Source: a virus
Lineage: Duplodnaviria > Caudoviricetes
DNA length: 64,000 nt
IMG/VR virus record: IMGVR_UViG_3300032259_000004
Span: 743 to 64,742 of that record
Reading direction: 5' to 3' (one strand)
Shown piece after piece: positions 63,337 to 64,000 of the stretch. A program made the translations under genes and the position numbers. A model generated the notes under the pieces. The model had not been told where the DNA came from. It was given only the letters and a program-made list of their open reading frames with translations, and searched no databases. How positions within the stretch are numbered: position 1 is the first letter of the stretch; each line of letters opens with the position of its first letter.

Positions 63337-64000
63337 CTATGATTGCGATCCGATGTCGTAGTCATTCAACAGCTTCCATGCCACGTTCATGTGCTCCTGT
63401 GGCGTCAAGGCTTTTTTGATAAGGGCAATCTCACCGCACTCCATGAGGTAGTCAGTCGGCCCGTTTGTACCGCCACCGCCCGACTCACCAAAGATTGTGT
63501 CGAAGCCCTGGTCTGTCATCTCGTAGGTTGCGTTGCCATCAGCGATGGCATTGAGGCGCCCAGATGGTAGGCCGTTCATGTAGAAATCGCAGGTGGCATT
63601 AGAGACATCGTAGTTGTAGGTGAAGCCGATCACGAGCGGCATCCCCGATGTGTAGGCTCTCTGGGTGCAGAGAGTCGTGTTCCAAGAGAACCAAGCCGCC
63701 TTGAACGCTCCGATGGTTGGGTCGAGCCGCAACTGGTTGATGGTCCCGGTTCCGGCGTTGTCGTAGAGGTAATAGTTTCCACCCTCCGGGTCGGTATCGT
63801 GGGCAATCGCGACAACAGCAATCACGGTGAAGTCCGTCAGGCTGCTTGTCCAGTTGATCTGCGTGAAGCTCATAAATGAGCCATCGCCAGAGGTCACTTG
63901 ATTCCGACTGGCTACCGCAGGCTTCGCGCCCCAGTAGGTGCCACTAGATACATACTTCGGCTTATTGTCTGCGTTTGACTGACTGGCCGTGTGTCCGTTC
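63337..64000 (-). CDS. LamG-domain virion protein (5' end outside window)
   Basis: Frame open to the window edge (NGHTASQS..KPKY); GEIALIKKALT..E. Confidence 0.7.
   Translation of the reverse strand, partial: NGHTASQSNADNKPKYVSSGTYWGAKPAVASRNQVTSGDGSFMSFTQINWTSSLTDFTVIAVVAIAHDTDPEGGNYYLYDNAGTGTINQLRLDPTIGAFKAAWFSWNTTLCTQRAYTSGMPLVIGFTYNYDVSNATCDFYMNGLPSGRLNAIADGNATYEMTDQGFDTIFGESGGGGTNGPTDYLMECGEIALIKKALTPQEHMNVAWKLLNDYDIGSQS

Noticed and set aside
1-64000. tRNA, integrase, major capsid gene, att sites
   Set aside because: None recognised by eye. They may lie outside the window, so lifestyle (temperate or lytic) is left undetermined.

Overview
A 64-kb, GC-rich segment of a tailed dsDNA phage (or prophage) genome. 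No integrase, tRNA or major capsid gene was recognised in the window. It has three transcription blocks. (1) 1-26.5 kb, minus strand: an RHH-like regulator, DUF1376-type replication initiator and DnaC-like loader, about 20 small genes, a TIGR-like array of 15 x 36-nt dual-repeat units directly upstream of a nuclease-less IS110/Nop-domain (TasA-like) gene, terminase small and large subunits, portal, and a giant MuF head-morphogenesis ORF of at least 4,300 codons. That ORF is missing from the supplied ORF track because it runs off the left edge. I hand-translated it as MuF - ART - zincin - [RelA/SpoT-GNAT]x2 - [zeta kinase-GNAT]x2 - helical tail. (2) 26.7-44.4 kb, plus strand: an early region of about 45 mostly small genes driven by seven near-identical sigma70 promoter cassettes (includes ArdC, GP88-like, DUF2958, DUF6166), followed by PD-(D/E)XK exonuclease, putative annealing protein and RusA. 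(3) 44.5-64 kb, minus strand: lysis genes (amidase, holin-like), a secreted beta-helix protein, LamG and repeat-rich virion proteins, and a second sulfotransferase. The two standout systems are the TIGR-TasA-like RNA-guided locus and the giant polyvalent MuF effector protein. Family assignments come from motif recognition by eye, not from database searches.
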